Source: an uncultured Erythrobacter sp.
GTDB lineage: Bacteria > Pseudomonadota > Alphaproteobacteria > Sphingomonadales > Sphingomonadaceae
Assembly: GCA_947499095.1 (NCBI GenBank)
Contig: CANMMR010000006.1
Coordinates: 186,664 to 250,663 of the forward strand
Direction: 5' to 3'
Length of the DNA stretch: 64,000 nucleotides
The notes beneath the pieces are model-generated. The model was not told the origin of the DNA, searched no databases, and was given only the letters and a program-made list of their open reading frames with translations. Positions 30,201-38,515 of the stretch are shown here, piece by piece. Numbering within the stretch: the stretch's first letter is position 1; every line of letters starts with the position of its first letter. The translations under genes and the position numbers were made by a program.

Positions 30201-31109
30201 ATGAAGCGCGCAACCGTCACGGCCGACAAGAATGGCTATCAGCCCGGCGCATGGCACTTTGCCGCGTTGATCGCGGGCAATGCCGCCCTGGCCCTGGGGC
30301 CCTGGCTGGTGCGGTTGGCCGATACCGGACCGGTCTCCGCTGCATTCTGGCGGCTCGTGCTGGCGCTTCCGCTGATGGCTCTGCTCGCATGGCGCGCGCG
30401 GGGACCGGCTCCGCTGGACTGGCGGGTCGTCGCGCTGTGCCTGGTGGCGGGTACGTTCTTCGCCATCGATCTCGCCAGCTGGCATATCGGGATAGAGCAG
30501 ACCCGGCTCGCCAATGCGACACTGTTCGGCAATTCGGGGAGCGTCATCCTGATGGCGTGGGGGCTGATCGCAGCGCGCCGCGCGCCTTCCGGACGCGAGG
30601 GGGCTGGCGTTCTTGCTGCGTTGGTTGGTGCCGCGATATTGCTCGGGAGGAGTCTTGAGATTTCGACTGCGACTTTCGTCGGCGATCTGTTCTGTCTCGC
30701 CGCCGGTATTTTCTACGCTTTCTACCTGCTTCCCGCGCAGAGGGCGCGTGCGACGCTGAACCCGTGGCTAGTGCTCGTGCTGGTCGGCCTTGCCGCATCC
30801 CCGCTACTGCTGGGTATGGCCGTGCTGGCAGGCGAGCCGATCTTGCCGGGACCGGCGGGCTGGACGCCGGTTCTGCTGCTGGCCTTTTCCAGCCAGATCG
30901 TCGGGCAAGGGCTGCTGGTATTCTCGCTTCGCCATTTCCCGCCGCTTATTATCGGCATGGCCCTGCTGACCCAGCCGGCGTTGGCAGGGCTGGTCGGCTG
31001 GCTCGCGTTCGGCGAACTGCTCGTGCCGCTGGATATCCTCGGCATGGCGCTGGTCGGTGTCGCTCTGGTATTGGCGAAGGCACCCGCGAAGGCCGGACAG
31101 GTGCGCTAG
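30201..31109 (+). CDS. DMT/EamA-family transporter
   Basis: 10 TMs; GPVSAAFWRL; GDLFCL. Confidence 0.85.
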   Translation: MKRATVTADKNGYQPGAWHFAALIAGNAALALGPWLVRLADTGPVSAAFWRLVLALPLMALLAWRARGPAPLDWRVVALCLVAGTFFAIDLASWHIGIEQTRLANATLFGNSGSVILMAWGLIAARRAPSGREGAGVLAALVGAAILLGRSLEISTATFVGDLFCLAAGIFYAFYLLPAQRARATLNPWLVLVLVGLAASPLLLGMAVLAGEPILPGPAGWTPVLLLAFSSQIVGQGLLVFSLRHFPPLIIGMALLTQPALAGLVGWLAFGELLVPLDILGMALVGVALVLAKAPAKAGQVR

Positions 31110-31113
31110 GCGT

Positions 31114-32430
31114 TTACCAGAAGGTCTTGTTGAACTCGGTCAAGTGGGTCTCGAACCGTTCGAGGTCCGGGCCGACGAGCGCCAGTCGCGCCTGTGCCGC
31201 AAGCCGCTCCGCCTCTTGCTTGAGCAGGGCCTGCCGTCCTTCGTGTCCGATCGGCACGGCGGCATTGGCCAGCGTGTCCAACATGACTTCCGCGGCAAGC
31301 GGGGACGGCGCCACGCCGCTGCGGATCGCCCCGAAACCGCGCTTCACATAGTGCGCGAAATCGTCGGGCAGGGGGATGACGAGACATTCGTCCTCCTCGT
31401 CGCCGCAAATATGCTTGCGCAGGTCCCGCCGCCCGATTTCGGCAGTTGCCGCGCCGAGCCAGTGCAGCGCGTTGATGGCGGTGAACGGGTCGTTGATGCC
31501 GGGCGATAATGCGCGCAGGCCGATCTCGACCAGTTCGTCGATCAGAAACTGCGGATCCTGCTCCGGCGTGCGCGTAGCACCGATCGTGAAGCTTTCGCGG
31601 ACACGTTCCTCGACCTTGCCCGGGTCGCAGCCGTCGACTTCTACCAACACCATCTTGGGATGCACGAAGTCGCCAGTGCGGACCTTCAACGAGAAGGTGC
31701 AGCCTGAGTCTTTCCCGATGGCCGCGAGGTCGGAGAAATCGATCATCTGTACATAGCCGGTTTTCCAAGCCTCCAGCGGTTCGCCGCCCTTCGGCTCGAC
31801 GGGATCGGTAAACTCGTCCTCGACCGGATAGGTATCCTTGATGGTTTCCAGCAGCCGCTCCCCGATCCCCTTCAGCACCTTGTTGATGCGAATGCTGGAC
31901 GGGATGTGGTTGAGGAAGAAAACGAGCACCGCGACGCATAATGCCATCAAGACATAGGCGACCAGCAGCGACAGTTGCGGTGTGAAGCCGGGCGGGGCGG
32001 TGGCCCCGGCCGTTTCGATCGAGGCTGCTGTCTCGTCTTCGCCCCGCACCGCCCGTAGCACGATCAACGCATAGACGAAGCTGCCGATGAAGGTCGCGAG
32101 GCTCAGCTGGTTGCCGCGATCTTCCATGAAATTGGTCAGCAGGCGCGGGCCGTAATTGCCGCTGGCATAGGCTACGGCGGCGATGGTGATGGAAAAGACG
32201 GTCGAGGCGACGCCGATCATGCTGCCCGCCATCACGCTCAACATGGTGGAGGCGCCATCGGGACGCGCCGGAATGATCCAGCTTGTATCGTTCAGGAATT
32301 CGGCAAAGCCCAGCCGGTCCACCGTAACCATCGCGAAGGCAAGGATTGCCGCGAGGATGGAGAACAACGCCGGATAGAACCAGTAATTGGCGTTCAGTCG
32401 CGACCAGAAAAAGCGGATCTCTGCAGTCAT
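31114..32430 (-). CDS. DUF2254-family membrane protein
   Basis: NYWFYPAL, VFSITIAAVAYASGNYGPRLL, QDPQFLIDELVEIGLRALSPGINDPFTA. Confidence 0.88.
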   Translation of the reverse strand: MTAEIRFFWSRLNANYWFYPALFSILAAILAFAMVTVDRLGFAEFLNDTSWIIPARPDGASTMLSVMAGSMIGVASTVFSITIAAVAYASGNYGPRLLTNFMEDRGNQLSLATFIGSFVYALIVLRAVRGEDETAASIETAGATAPPGFTPQLSLLVAYVLMALCVAVLVFFLNHIPSSIRINKVLKGIGERLLETIKDTYPVEDEFTDPVEPKGGEPLEAWKTGYVQMIDFSDLAAIGKDSGCTFSLKVRTGDFVHPKMVLVEVDGCDPGKVEERVRESFTIGATRTPEQDPQFLIDELVEIGLRALSPGINDPFTAINALHWLGAATAEIGRRDLRKHICGDEEDECLVIPLPDDFAHYVKRGFGAIRSGVAPSPLAAEVMLDTLANAAVPIGHEGRQALLKQEAERLAAQARLALVGPDLERFETHLTEFNKTFW

Positions 32431-33167
32431 TCTTGCCCTTCTGTGCCGGTCTGCTTGGCGAAACCTTTCGCGAAAGCCTCGCGAATGTCGTGGCGGTCTT
32501 TTTCAAACTGCGCAACGGCGACGGCATGGTCGCTGAGGTCTAGTGCCAGCTGGCGCAGCATATCGACGAGGCCTCCACTTCCGCCGTCCGCCTCTTTCCG
32601 CTCGGCAATCCGCGCATAATTGTCGATCATGCGGATGCTGACCGGTGGATACTGGCCGGCAGCCTGTCGGAAGGCGCTGAGCGGGTTGGCGAACAGGCTG
32701 CGGAAGTCCTGACCGATGGCCTGCAGGAACAGCACCGTGCCCACCAGAAGCAAGGGCGTATCCCCCAGCGGTGCCTCCGCATCAATCGACAGCATCGCGA
32801 CGAGCGAGACGATGAGACAGAATGAAAGCCCGGCAATGCTCACTCGGACGAGGGGACGCTCTACCCAGCGATCGATCAGGCGCACACCCAGATTGCCGGC
32901 CGCAAGGCTCAGCACGATCAGCGTGATGGAGAAGTACAGTGTAACGAACGCGGCGTTGATGCCAGCCGCAACGCCCACGAAATCCTTGGCCGTATCGGAG
33001 GTCTCGACTGTCGCCAGGTCGCGCGCCAGAAGCCATGCCGTGCCACCTTCACGGTCGAGCCATAGAATGCCGAGGGCCACCGGCACGGCTGCGATAACCG
33101 CGCAAACTGCCAGCAGCCAGTAATTCGCAAACAGGCGGTGGGCGATCCACCCCGGCAAACCGGTCAT
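32427..33167 (-). CDS. DUF2254-like paralogue, internally shortened
   Basis: NYWLL...YFSITLIVLSLAAGNLGVRLI parallels the neighbour's N-terminus, but the protein is only 246 aa and lacks the RALSPGIND region. Confidence 0.65.
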   Translation of the reverse strand: MTGLPGWIAHRLFANYWLLAVCAVIAAVPVALGILWLDREGGTAWLLARDLATVETSDTAKDFVGVAAGINAAFVTLYFSITLIVLSLAAGNLGVRLIDRWVERPLVRVSIAGLSFCLIVSLVAMLSIDAEAPLGDTPLLLVGTVLFLQAIGQDFRSLFANPLSAFRQAAGQYPPVSIRMIDNYARIAERKEADGGSGGLVDMLRQLALDLSDHAVAVAQFEKDRHDIREAFAKGFAKQTGTEGQE

Positions 33168-33228
33168 GCGAGTTGGTCGAACCAAAATTCTACACCCCAA
33201 GACACCATCGGGAGTTGACGGCAGATCG

Positions 33229-33260
33229 GGAACCTAACGTGCGGCCTCCCATTTCGTTGC
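33229..33260. promoter_or_regulatory. Overlapping divergent EcfG/SigT-type (general stress sigma) promoters
   Basis: Plus strand GGAAC-N16-CATT (33229-33253); minus strand GCAAC-N16-CGTT (33260-33236). Confidence 0.55.
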
Positions 33261-33281
33261 CACGCCCGTTCGCAACATCGA

Positions 33282-34214
33282 ATGGCGGCTAATAAGGCGT
33301 CGCCGAGGGTGGAACGGACGGTGGACGCAGTCGAGAAAGGACTGCTTCTGATTGCTCCTGTCGATGCCAACGCCGTTGGCAATATCGAAAATCTGGTTAC
33401 TCTCACCGCCGGGCAGTACACTTCGGGATCGCTGATCCTGATGGTCAGTTACGGCGCGCATTTCGCATTCATTCTCTACTTCCTGATGACGTCGTTGCAG
33501 CTCGCGCCGCGTTATCGCGTGGTGCCGATCATTTCGGCGGTCGTCATGGCCAGCGCAGGGCTCAGCCTGCTGCGCGAATTCACCACCTGGCAGGAAACCT
33601 ACGAATTCGTCGGCGGCATGTACCAGCCGGTGGCGGAAGGCGAGACGTTCACCAATGCCTATCGCTACGGCAACTGGACGATCACGGTCCCACTGCTGCT
33701 GACCCAGCTGCCGATCGCCTTCGCTCTGGCGCGGCCCGATTTACACAAGCGCGCGTTCCGTATGGCGATCCCGGCCCTACTGATGATCTGGACCGGCCTC
33801 TACGGCCAGTTCGGCGAAACCGGCGACTGGTCGCGGCTCAACATCTGGGGTGTCATCTCGACCGTCTTCTTCGTCTGGCTGATCATCGAGGTGCGCGGCG
33901 TGATCACCGCAGGCATCGCCAACAGCCCTGCTGAACTCAAGGCGTGGCCGAAGAACATCTGGTGGTTCTTCCTTGCAACCTGGGGTCTCTACCCCATCGC
34001 CTATGCGCTGCCGCAGCTCGGCTTCACCGGCGACGTAGTGGTCGTGCGCCAACTGCTCTTCAGCATCGCCGACATCTCGTCGAAGCTGATCTACGGCGTG
34101 ATCCTGTCCCGGTATGTCCTGCGGCGCAGTGCGCTGGAGGGGTATCTGCCCTCGGCCGAGGCGCTTTCGACGACGCCTGCCGGTTCTACGGCAGCCTCGA
34201 TTCGCGGCGACTGA
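33282..34214 (+). CDS. Microbial rhodopsin, NTQ motif (light-driven chloride pump type, ClR)
   Basis: Helix C YRYGNWTITVPLLLTQL with N, T(+4), Q(+11); helix G ADISSKLIYG retinal Lys; 7 TMs; blh immediately downstream. The real start may be ATT 33351 or CTG 33348. Confidence 0.9.
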   Translation: MAANKASPRVERTVDAVEKGLLLIAPVDANAVGNIENLVTLTAGQYTSGSLILMVSYGAHFAFILYFLMTSLQLAPRYRVVPIISAVVMASAGLSLLREFTTWQETYEFVGGMYQPVAEGETFTNAYRYGNWTITVPLLLTQLPIAFALARPDLHKRAFRMAIPALLMIWTGLYGQFGETGDWSRLNIWGVISTVFFVWLIIEVRGVITAGIANSPAELKAWPKNIWWFFLATWGLYPIAYALPQLGFTGDVVVVRQLLFSIADISSKLIYGVILSRYVLRRSALEGYLPSAEALSTTPAGSTAASIRGD

Positions 34215-35038
34215 TGGCGTCACGCCCGATCTCCGGATCGAACCGGGGGTCCTGGCTCGGCGCCGGGGCCCCCTATGTCTTTATCGCGCTGTTCGCCGTG
34301 GCCGGCCTCGCCCAGTTGGCCGGACCGGGCTTGGCGCTGGCAGTCGGACTAGCTCTCTTTATCCTCGGCCTCGGCCATGGGGCGGGCGACGAGAACGACG
34401 GCGAATTGCGCGCTAATTCATGGGCGCTGGTCGCCGCCTACATGGTGACCGGCTCCGCGATCCCCGCGCTCTATCTCGCCTGGCCGGTGCTCGGCCTTTC
34501 GACCTTTCTCGCTTTCTCCGCATGGCATTTCGCCCGCAGTGATAGCGGCATGGACCTGCTTCCACGGCTGGCGATAGCCGGACTTGCGGTGGGAGGAAGC
34601 GCACTGCTCAGGCCACATACGACAGCGAGCGTTTTTACCGCTGCACTCGGCGAAGCGCCGCCGACATTGCTCCTGCTGCTTCTCGCCGTTGGTGGAGGCG
34701 CGGCTTTGCTTGCTGCTGCGACCTCGATGGCACTGCGCCACGCAGGCGCAAAGTCCGCGGGGCTTGCTGCGTTGGCCTGCCTCCTGTTTCACCCGGTCCT
34801 CGCCGTTGGCTTGATCTTTTTCGGCATGCACGCCCTCCCGGTGCAGAAGCGCTAGGTCGCTCGATACGGCGCGTCACAGGTCTTCAAGGCGATCGCATTG
34901 CCTACTGCCGTCGCGACGCTGGCCGCGGCGACAATCGCGCTGGCGGTATGGAGCGGGTGGCTCGCGTTTGACCTTGCGGTCGCGCTCGCATTCGGGATGG
35001 CGACGCCGCATATGCTGACCGAGCGGCTGGAGCGTTAG
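34214..35038 (+). pseudogene. blh: Brp/Blh beta-carotene 15,15'-dioxygenase with a premature TAG at 34853-34855
   Basis: GLGHGAGD, SAWHFA and GMHAL His motifs. The frame continues past the TAG with VARYG...FGMATPHML to a TAG at 35036. TGATG coupling to the rhodopsin. Confidence 0.8.
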
Positions 35039-35039
35039 G

Positions 35040-37157
35040 CTACTCCGCTTCGTCGCCGATTTCGCGATTGAGGAAGGCGAGCAGCATGGCCGCGCGCTTC
35101 GCATCTTCCTCGCGGTCCGCGCCGACCGAATGCCCGCCTTCGATCGCCTCGCGATAGTAGAACGGCTGGCCGAAGGCTTCGAGCTTGGCGGCGGTCTTGC
35201 GCGCATGGCCGGGGTGGACCCGGTCGTCGAGCGTCGAGAGGTAATAAAACACTGCCGGATAATCGGGATCGGGCTGCATGTTCTGGTAGGGCGACCATTC
35301 GCGCATGTAGGCCCAGTCCTCCGGCACGTCGGGATTGCCGTATTCCGCCATCCAGGATGCGCCCGCAAGCAGCTTGTTGTAGCGCCGCATGTCGATTAGC
35401 GGGCTGCCGGAGATGATTGCGCCGTAGAGGTCGGGCCGCTGGTTCGCGACTGCGCCCACCAAGACACCACCGTTCGAGCGGCCAGACGCGGCGATCTTGC
35501 CGGGGGTCGCGAGGCGTTGCGCCACAAGGTCGTCGGCGACCGCGTGAAAATCGTCGAAGCTGTTCTGCCGCTTCTCGCGCAGTGCATCCTCATGCCAGCG
35601 CGGGCCGTACTCGCCGCCGCCACGGATGTTGGCGAGCACATAGGCATTGCCGCTTTCGAGCCAGAAGAGCGAGAGCGGCCCGCTGCGATAGGGTTCGGCA
35701 GTGAGATACTTGGGCGTCTGCGCCGCGCGAAAGCCGCCATAGGCATGGATCAATGTAGGCAGCGGACCTTCCGCGCCCTTGGGCCGGGCGAGGTAGTAGG
35801 GGACCCGCGTCCCGTCCTTCGAGGTGGCGAAGCGCTGCTCCACGGTGAAGCGGCTCGTATCGAACTGCGCCGGCACGGAAGCGATCCGCTTCGCCGTGCC
35901 GTCCCCCGGCACCGCCCACAGCGTCGGCGGGGTGAGCATGCTTTCGATCGTGACGAACACGGTGTCGCCCTTGCCGGAGGTATTGGCGATCTGGATCGTG
36001 CTGTTGTCGGGCAGGTCCATGTCGCGGTTGAACCAGCCGGGATAGCCCGGGCGGACCTCGATCAGCTTGCCCGACACATCGTCGAGCACCTTGACCCACA
36101 GGGTATTCTCCGAGGTCGCAACCTCTTCGACCGACTGCGTTTCGCTGGGCGAAAACACGACGAAAGGCTCCGCTGGTTTGCCGTCGAGCACATCCTGCAG
36201 CGGCCAGGCCACCAGCCAACCGGCTTCGGCCTCCCGATTACGGGTCGTAAGCGGCGAATTGAGCTTGGCGATAACATGGCCGTCGAGCACGGCCTCGAAC
36301 TCGGCATCCTCGGGCAGCGGCAGCGGCACGGTGCTGCCGTTCTCGCGCACGAGCGAATAGTTCGCCGTCCAGAAGCTCGGCCCGCGCCGGATGAAGCGCC
36401 AGCGCGTATCGCCGTCGAGCACGGAGAAGCCGGAGATGCTGACATCGGCCTGCTCACCCTCGGCGATCTGACGGGCGGACGCGAATTCGGTCCCGCGCTC
36501 CCACAATTTCACGAGACGCGGATAGCCGGAGTCGGTCAGCGAGCCTTCACCCTCGTCGGTGCCGACGAACAGCGTGTCCTCGTCGAACCATGCGACGTTC
36601 GATTTTGCCTCGGGCAGGGTGAAGCCGCCGTCGACGAACGCGCCGGTGGTGATATCGAATTCGCGCACCACGTCGGCATCGGTGCCGCCGGGGCTGAGCG
36701 AGATCAGGCAGCGCTCATAGTCGGGCGCGAGGCAGTTCGCGCCATGCCAGACCCAGCTCTCTCCTTCGTCGCGGCCGAGCTGGTCGACATCGATCAGCGT
36801 GCGCCACTCGGGCGCGCCTGTTATGTAACTATCGAGGCTGGCGATACGCCACAGCCCGCGCGGATTGTCCGCATCGCGCCACAAATTGGTGACCATGTCG
36901 CCCTGGATTGCGTCGGGCATGGCGATCTGGCGATCGTCGTCGAGAATCTGCTTCGCCCAGGCCCGCGCGACTGGATATTCGGGCGTCGAGGTAAGCACGG
37001 CCTCGGTATCGGCGTTCCATTCGCGCACCTGCTCCAGCGCCTTCTCGCCCTGGATCTCCTCCAGCCAGATGTAGGGATCATCGGCATCGGTTTCCTGCCC
37101 GAGGGCGGGAGACGATGCAAAAGCAAGCGCGGTTGCGAGCGCCAGACGTGCGATCAT
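35040..37157 (-). CDS. Prolyl oligopeptidase family (S9A) serine peptidase, secreted
   Basis: Signal peptide MIARLALATALAFASSPALG, DDPYIWLEE, GRSNGG nucleophile motif, DDRVHP, GGHS; GGAGAG RBS before ATG 37157. Confidence 0.92.
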   Translation of the reverse strand: MIARLALATALAFASSPALGQETDADDPYIWLEEIQGEKALEQVREWNADTEAVLTSTPEYPVARAWAKQILDDDRQIAMPDAIQGDMVTNLWRDADNPRGLWRIASLDSYITGAPEWRTLIDVDQLGRDEGESWVWHGANCLAPDYERCLISLSPGGTDADVVREFDITTGAFVDGGFTLPEAKSNVAWFDEDTLFVGTDEGEGSLTDSGYPRLVKLWERGTEFASARQIAEGEQADVSISGFSVLDGDTRWRFIRRGPSFWTANYSLVRENGSTVPLPLPEDAEFEAVLDGHVIAKLNSPLTTRNREAEAGWLVAWPLQDVLDGKPAEPFVVFSPSETQSVEEVATSENTLWVKVLDDVSGKLIEVRPGYPGWFNRDMDLPDNSTIQIANTSGKGDTVFVTIESMLTPPTLWAVPGDGTAKRIASVPAQFDTSRFTVEQRFATSKDGTRVPYYLARPKGAEGPLPTLIHAYGGFRAAQTPKYLTAEPYRSGPLSLFWLESGNAYVLANIRGGGEYGPRWHEDALREKRQNSFDDFHAVADDLVAQRLATPGKIAASGRSNGGVLVGAVANQRPDLYGAIISGSPLIDMRRYNKLLAGASWMAEYGNPDVPEDWAYMREWSPYQNMQPDPDYPAVFYYLSTLDDRVHPGHARKTAAKLEAFGQPFYYREAIEGGHSVGADREEDAKRAAMLLAFLNREIGDEAE

Positions 37158-37171
37158 TATTTTCTCTCCAT

Positions 37172-37463
37172 TCAAGCTTCGTCTTCCGGAAACCAGCTGG
37201 CGCCGCCGCCATGGCTCTCGGGCATTGTTTCTATCTCGGTTATCTCGTCGCTCGTCAGGTTTGGGCGACTCCAAGGACTGCCGGACACATGAGAACGCCC
37301 AGTCGAACTCGGCTCTAACAAGTTTCTTCGACTCGAATTCCGCGTCGGCAGGACTAGTCGCGCGAACGAAGCGCGTTGTAAAGAAACCGTATTTCCCTGA
37401 CGGATCGTCCATCAGCTTGCCTGGGAAGTCGTGGCCTTCCAACAGGACCTGATAGACGGGCAC
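37172..37463 (-). pseudogene. Small hypothetical gene with an apparent 1-bp insertion near 37298-37300
   Basis: GTG start coupled to the nadA stop (TAGTG). After EFDW the +1 frame reads RSHVSGSPWSRPNLTSDEITEIETMPESHGGGASWFPEDEA-stop (TGA 37172-37174). The zero frame runs into the peptidase. Confidence 0.55.
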
Positions 37464-38449
37464 TACACCCTGCCCAGATCGCCCTTGCCGATCGTGCCGC
37501 TGGCCATTTCGAGCATCTTGTCGAGGCTCTGCTTGGCTTTGAGGCGCAGGCCTTCCTCGATTTCGATGCGCGGTTCGAGGTCACGCAGGCAAGCGTACAT
37601 CTTCTCCATGGTGTTCAGCGCCATGTAGGGGCAGATGTTGCAGCTGCAGTTGCCGTCCGCGCCCGGGGCGCCGATGAAGGTTTTCTCAGGCAGCGCCTTT
37701 TCCATCTGGTGGATGATGTGCGGCTCGGTCGCGACGATCAGCGTTTCGCCTTCGAAGGTCTTGGCATATTGCAGGATGCCGCTGGTCGAGCCGACGTAGT
37801 CCGCATGGTCGATGATCGTTGGCGGGCATTCGGGGTGCGCGACAACCGGCGCATCGGGATGCTGGCCCTTCAACTTGAGCAGTTCGGTTTCGCTGAAGGC
37901 CTCGTGCACGATGCACACGCCCGGCCAGAGCAGCATTTCGCGGCCGAACTTGCGGCTCATATAGCTGCCGAGGTGCCGGTCGGGGCCGAAGATGATCTTC
38001 TGGTCTTCGGGGATCTGGCTGATGATCGTTTCCGCGCTGGAGCTGGTGACGATCACGTCGCTCAAAGCCTTCACCTCGGTCGAGCAGTTGATGTAGGTCA
38101 GCGCGATATGATCGGGGTGCTTTTCCCGAAAGGCCTTGAACTTTTCAGGCGGGCAGCTGTCTTCTAGGCTGCAGCCGGCGTCCATGTCGGGCAGGACGAC
38201 GATCTTTTCGGGGCTCAGGATCTTGGCGGTATCGGCCATGAACTTCACGCCGCAGAACACGATCACGTCGGCATCGGTTTCGGCGGCCTTGCGGCTCAGC
38301 TCCAGGCTGTCGCCGACGAAATCCGCGATGTCCTGGATATCGGCGGTCTGGTAGTAGTGGGCGAGGATGATCGCGTTCTTTTCCTTGCGGAGGCGATCGA
38401 TGGCGGCGAGCAGGTCTTCGCCGGTCGGAAGGTCGGTCTGGGCGGTCAT
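37463..38449 (-). CDS. nadA: Quinolinate synthase NadA
   Basis: ILAHYYQ, GDSLELS, FCGVKFMA, AGCSL, CIVHE, AHPEC, CPYM. Confidence 0.96.
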   Translation of the reverse strand: MTAQTDLPTGEDLLAAIDRLRKEKNAIILAHYYQTADIQDIADFVGDSLELSRKAAETDADVIVFCGVKFMADTAKILSPEKIVVLPDMDAGCSLEDSCPPEKFKAFREKHPDHIALTYINCSTEVKALSDVIVTSSSAETIISQIPEDQKIIFGPDRHLGSYMSRKFGREMLLWPGVCIVHEAFSETELLKLKGQHPDAPVVAHPECPPTIIDHADYVGSTSGILQYAKTFEGETLIVATEPHIIHQMEKALPEKTFIGAPGADGNCSCNICPYMALNTMEKMYACLRDLEPRIEIEEGLRLKAKQSLDKMLEMASGTIGKGDLGRV

Positions 38450-38515
38450 GTAGGATCCCGTCTGCTGCGTTTGAGGGCGCTTATAAAGCGAACGGACGGG
38501 AAGGCGAGGGCGTTC

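Noticed and set aside
33282-34214. Calling the rhodopsin a proteorhodopsin, xanthorhodopsin or Na+ pump
   Set aside because: It lacks the DTE/DTD proton-pump and NDQ sodium-pump motifs. Helix C is NTQ.
34853-34855. Programmed pyrrolysine or read-through recoding of the blh TAG
   Set aside because: No pyl genes in the window and no precedent that I know of in this lineage. A simple C to T nonsense change is more parsimonious.
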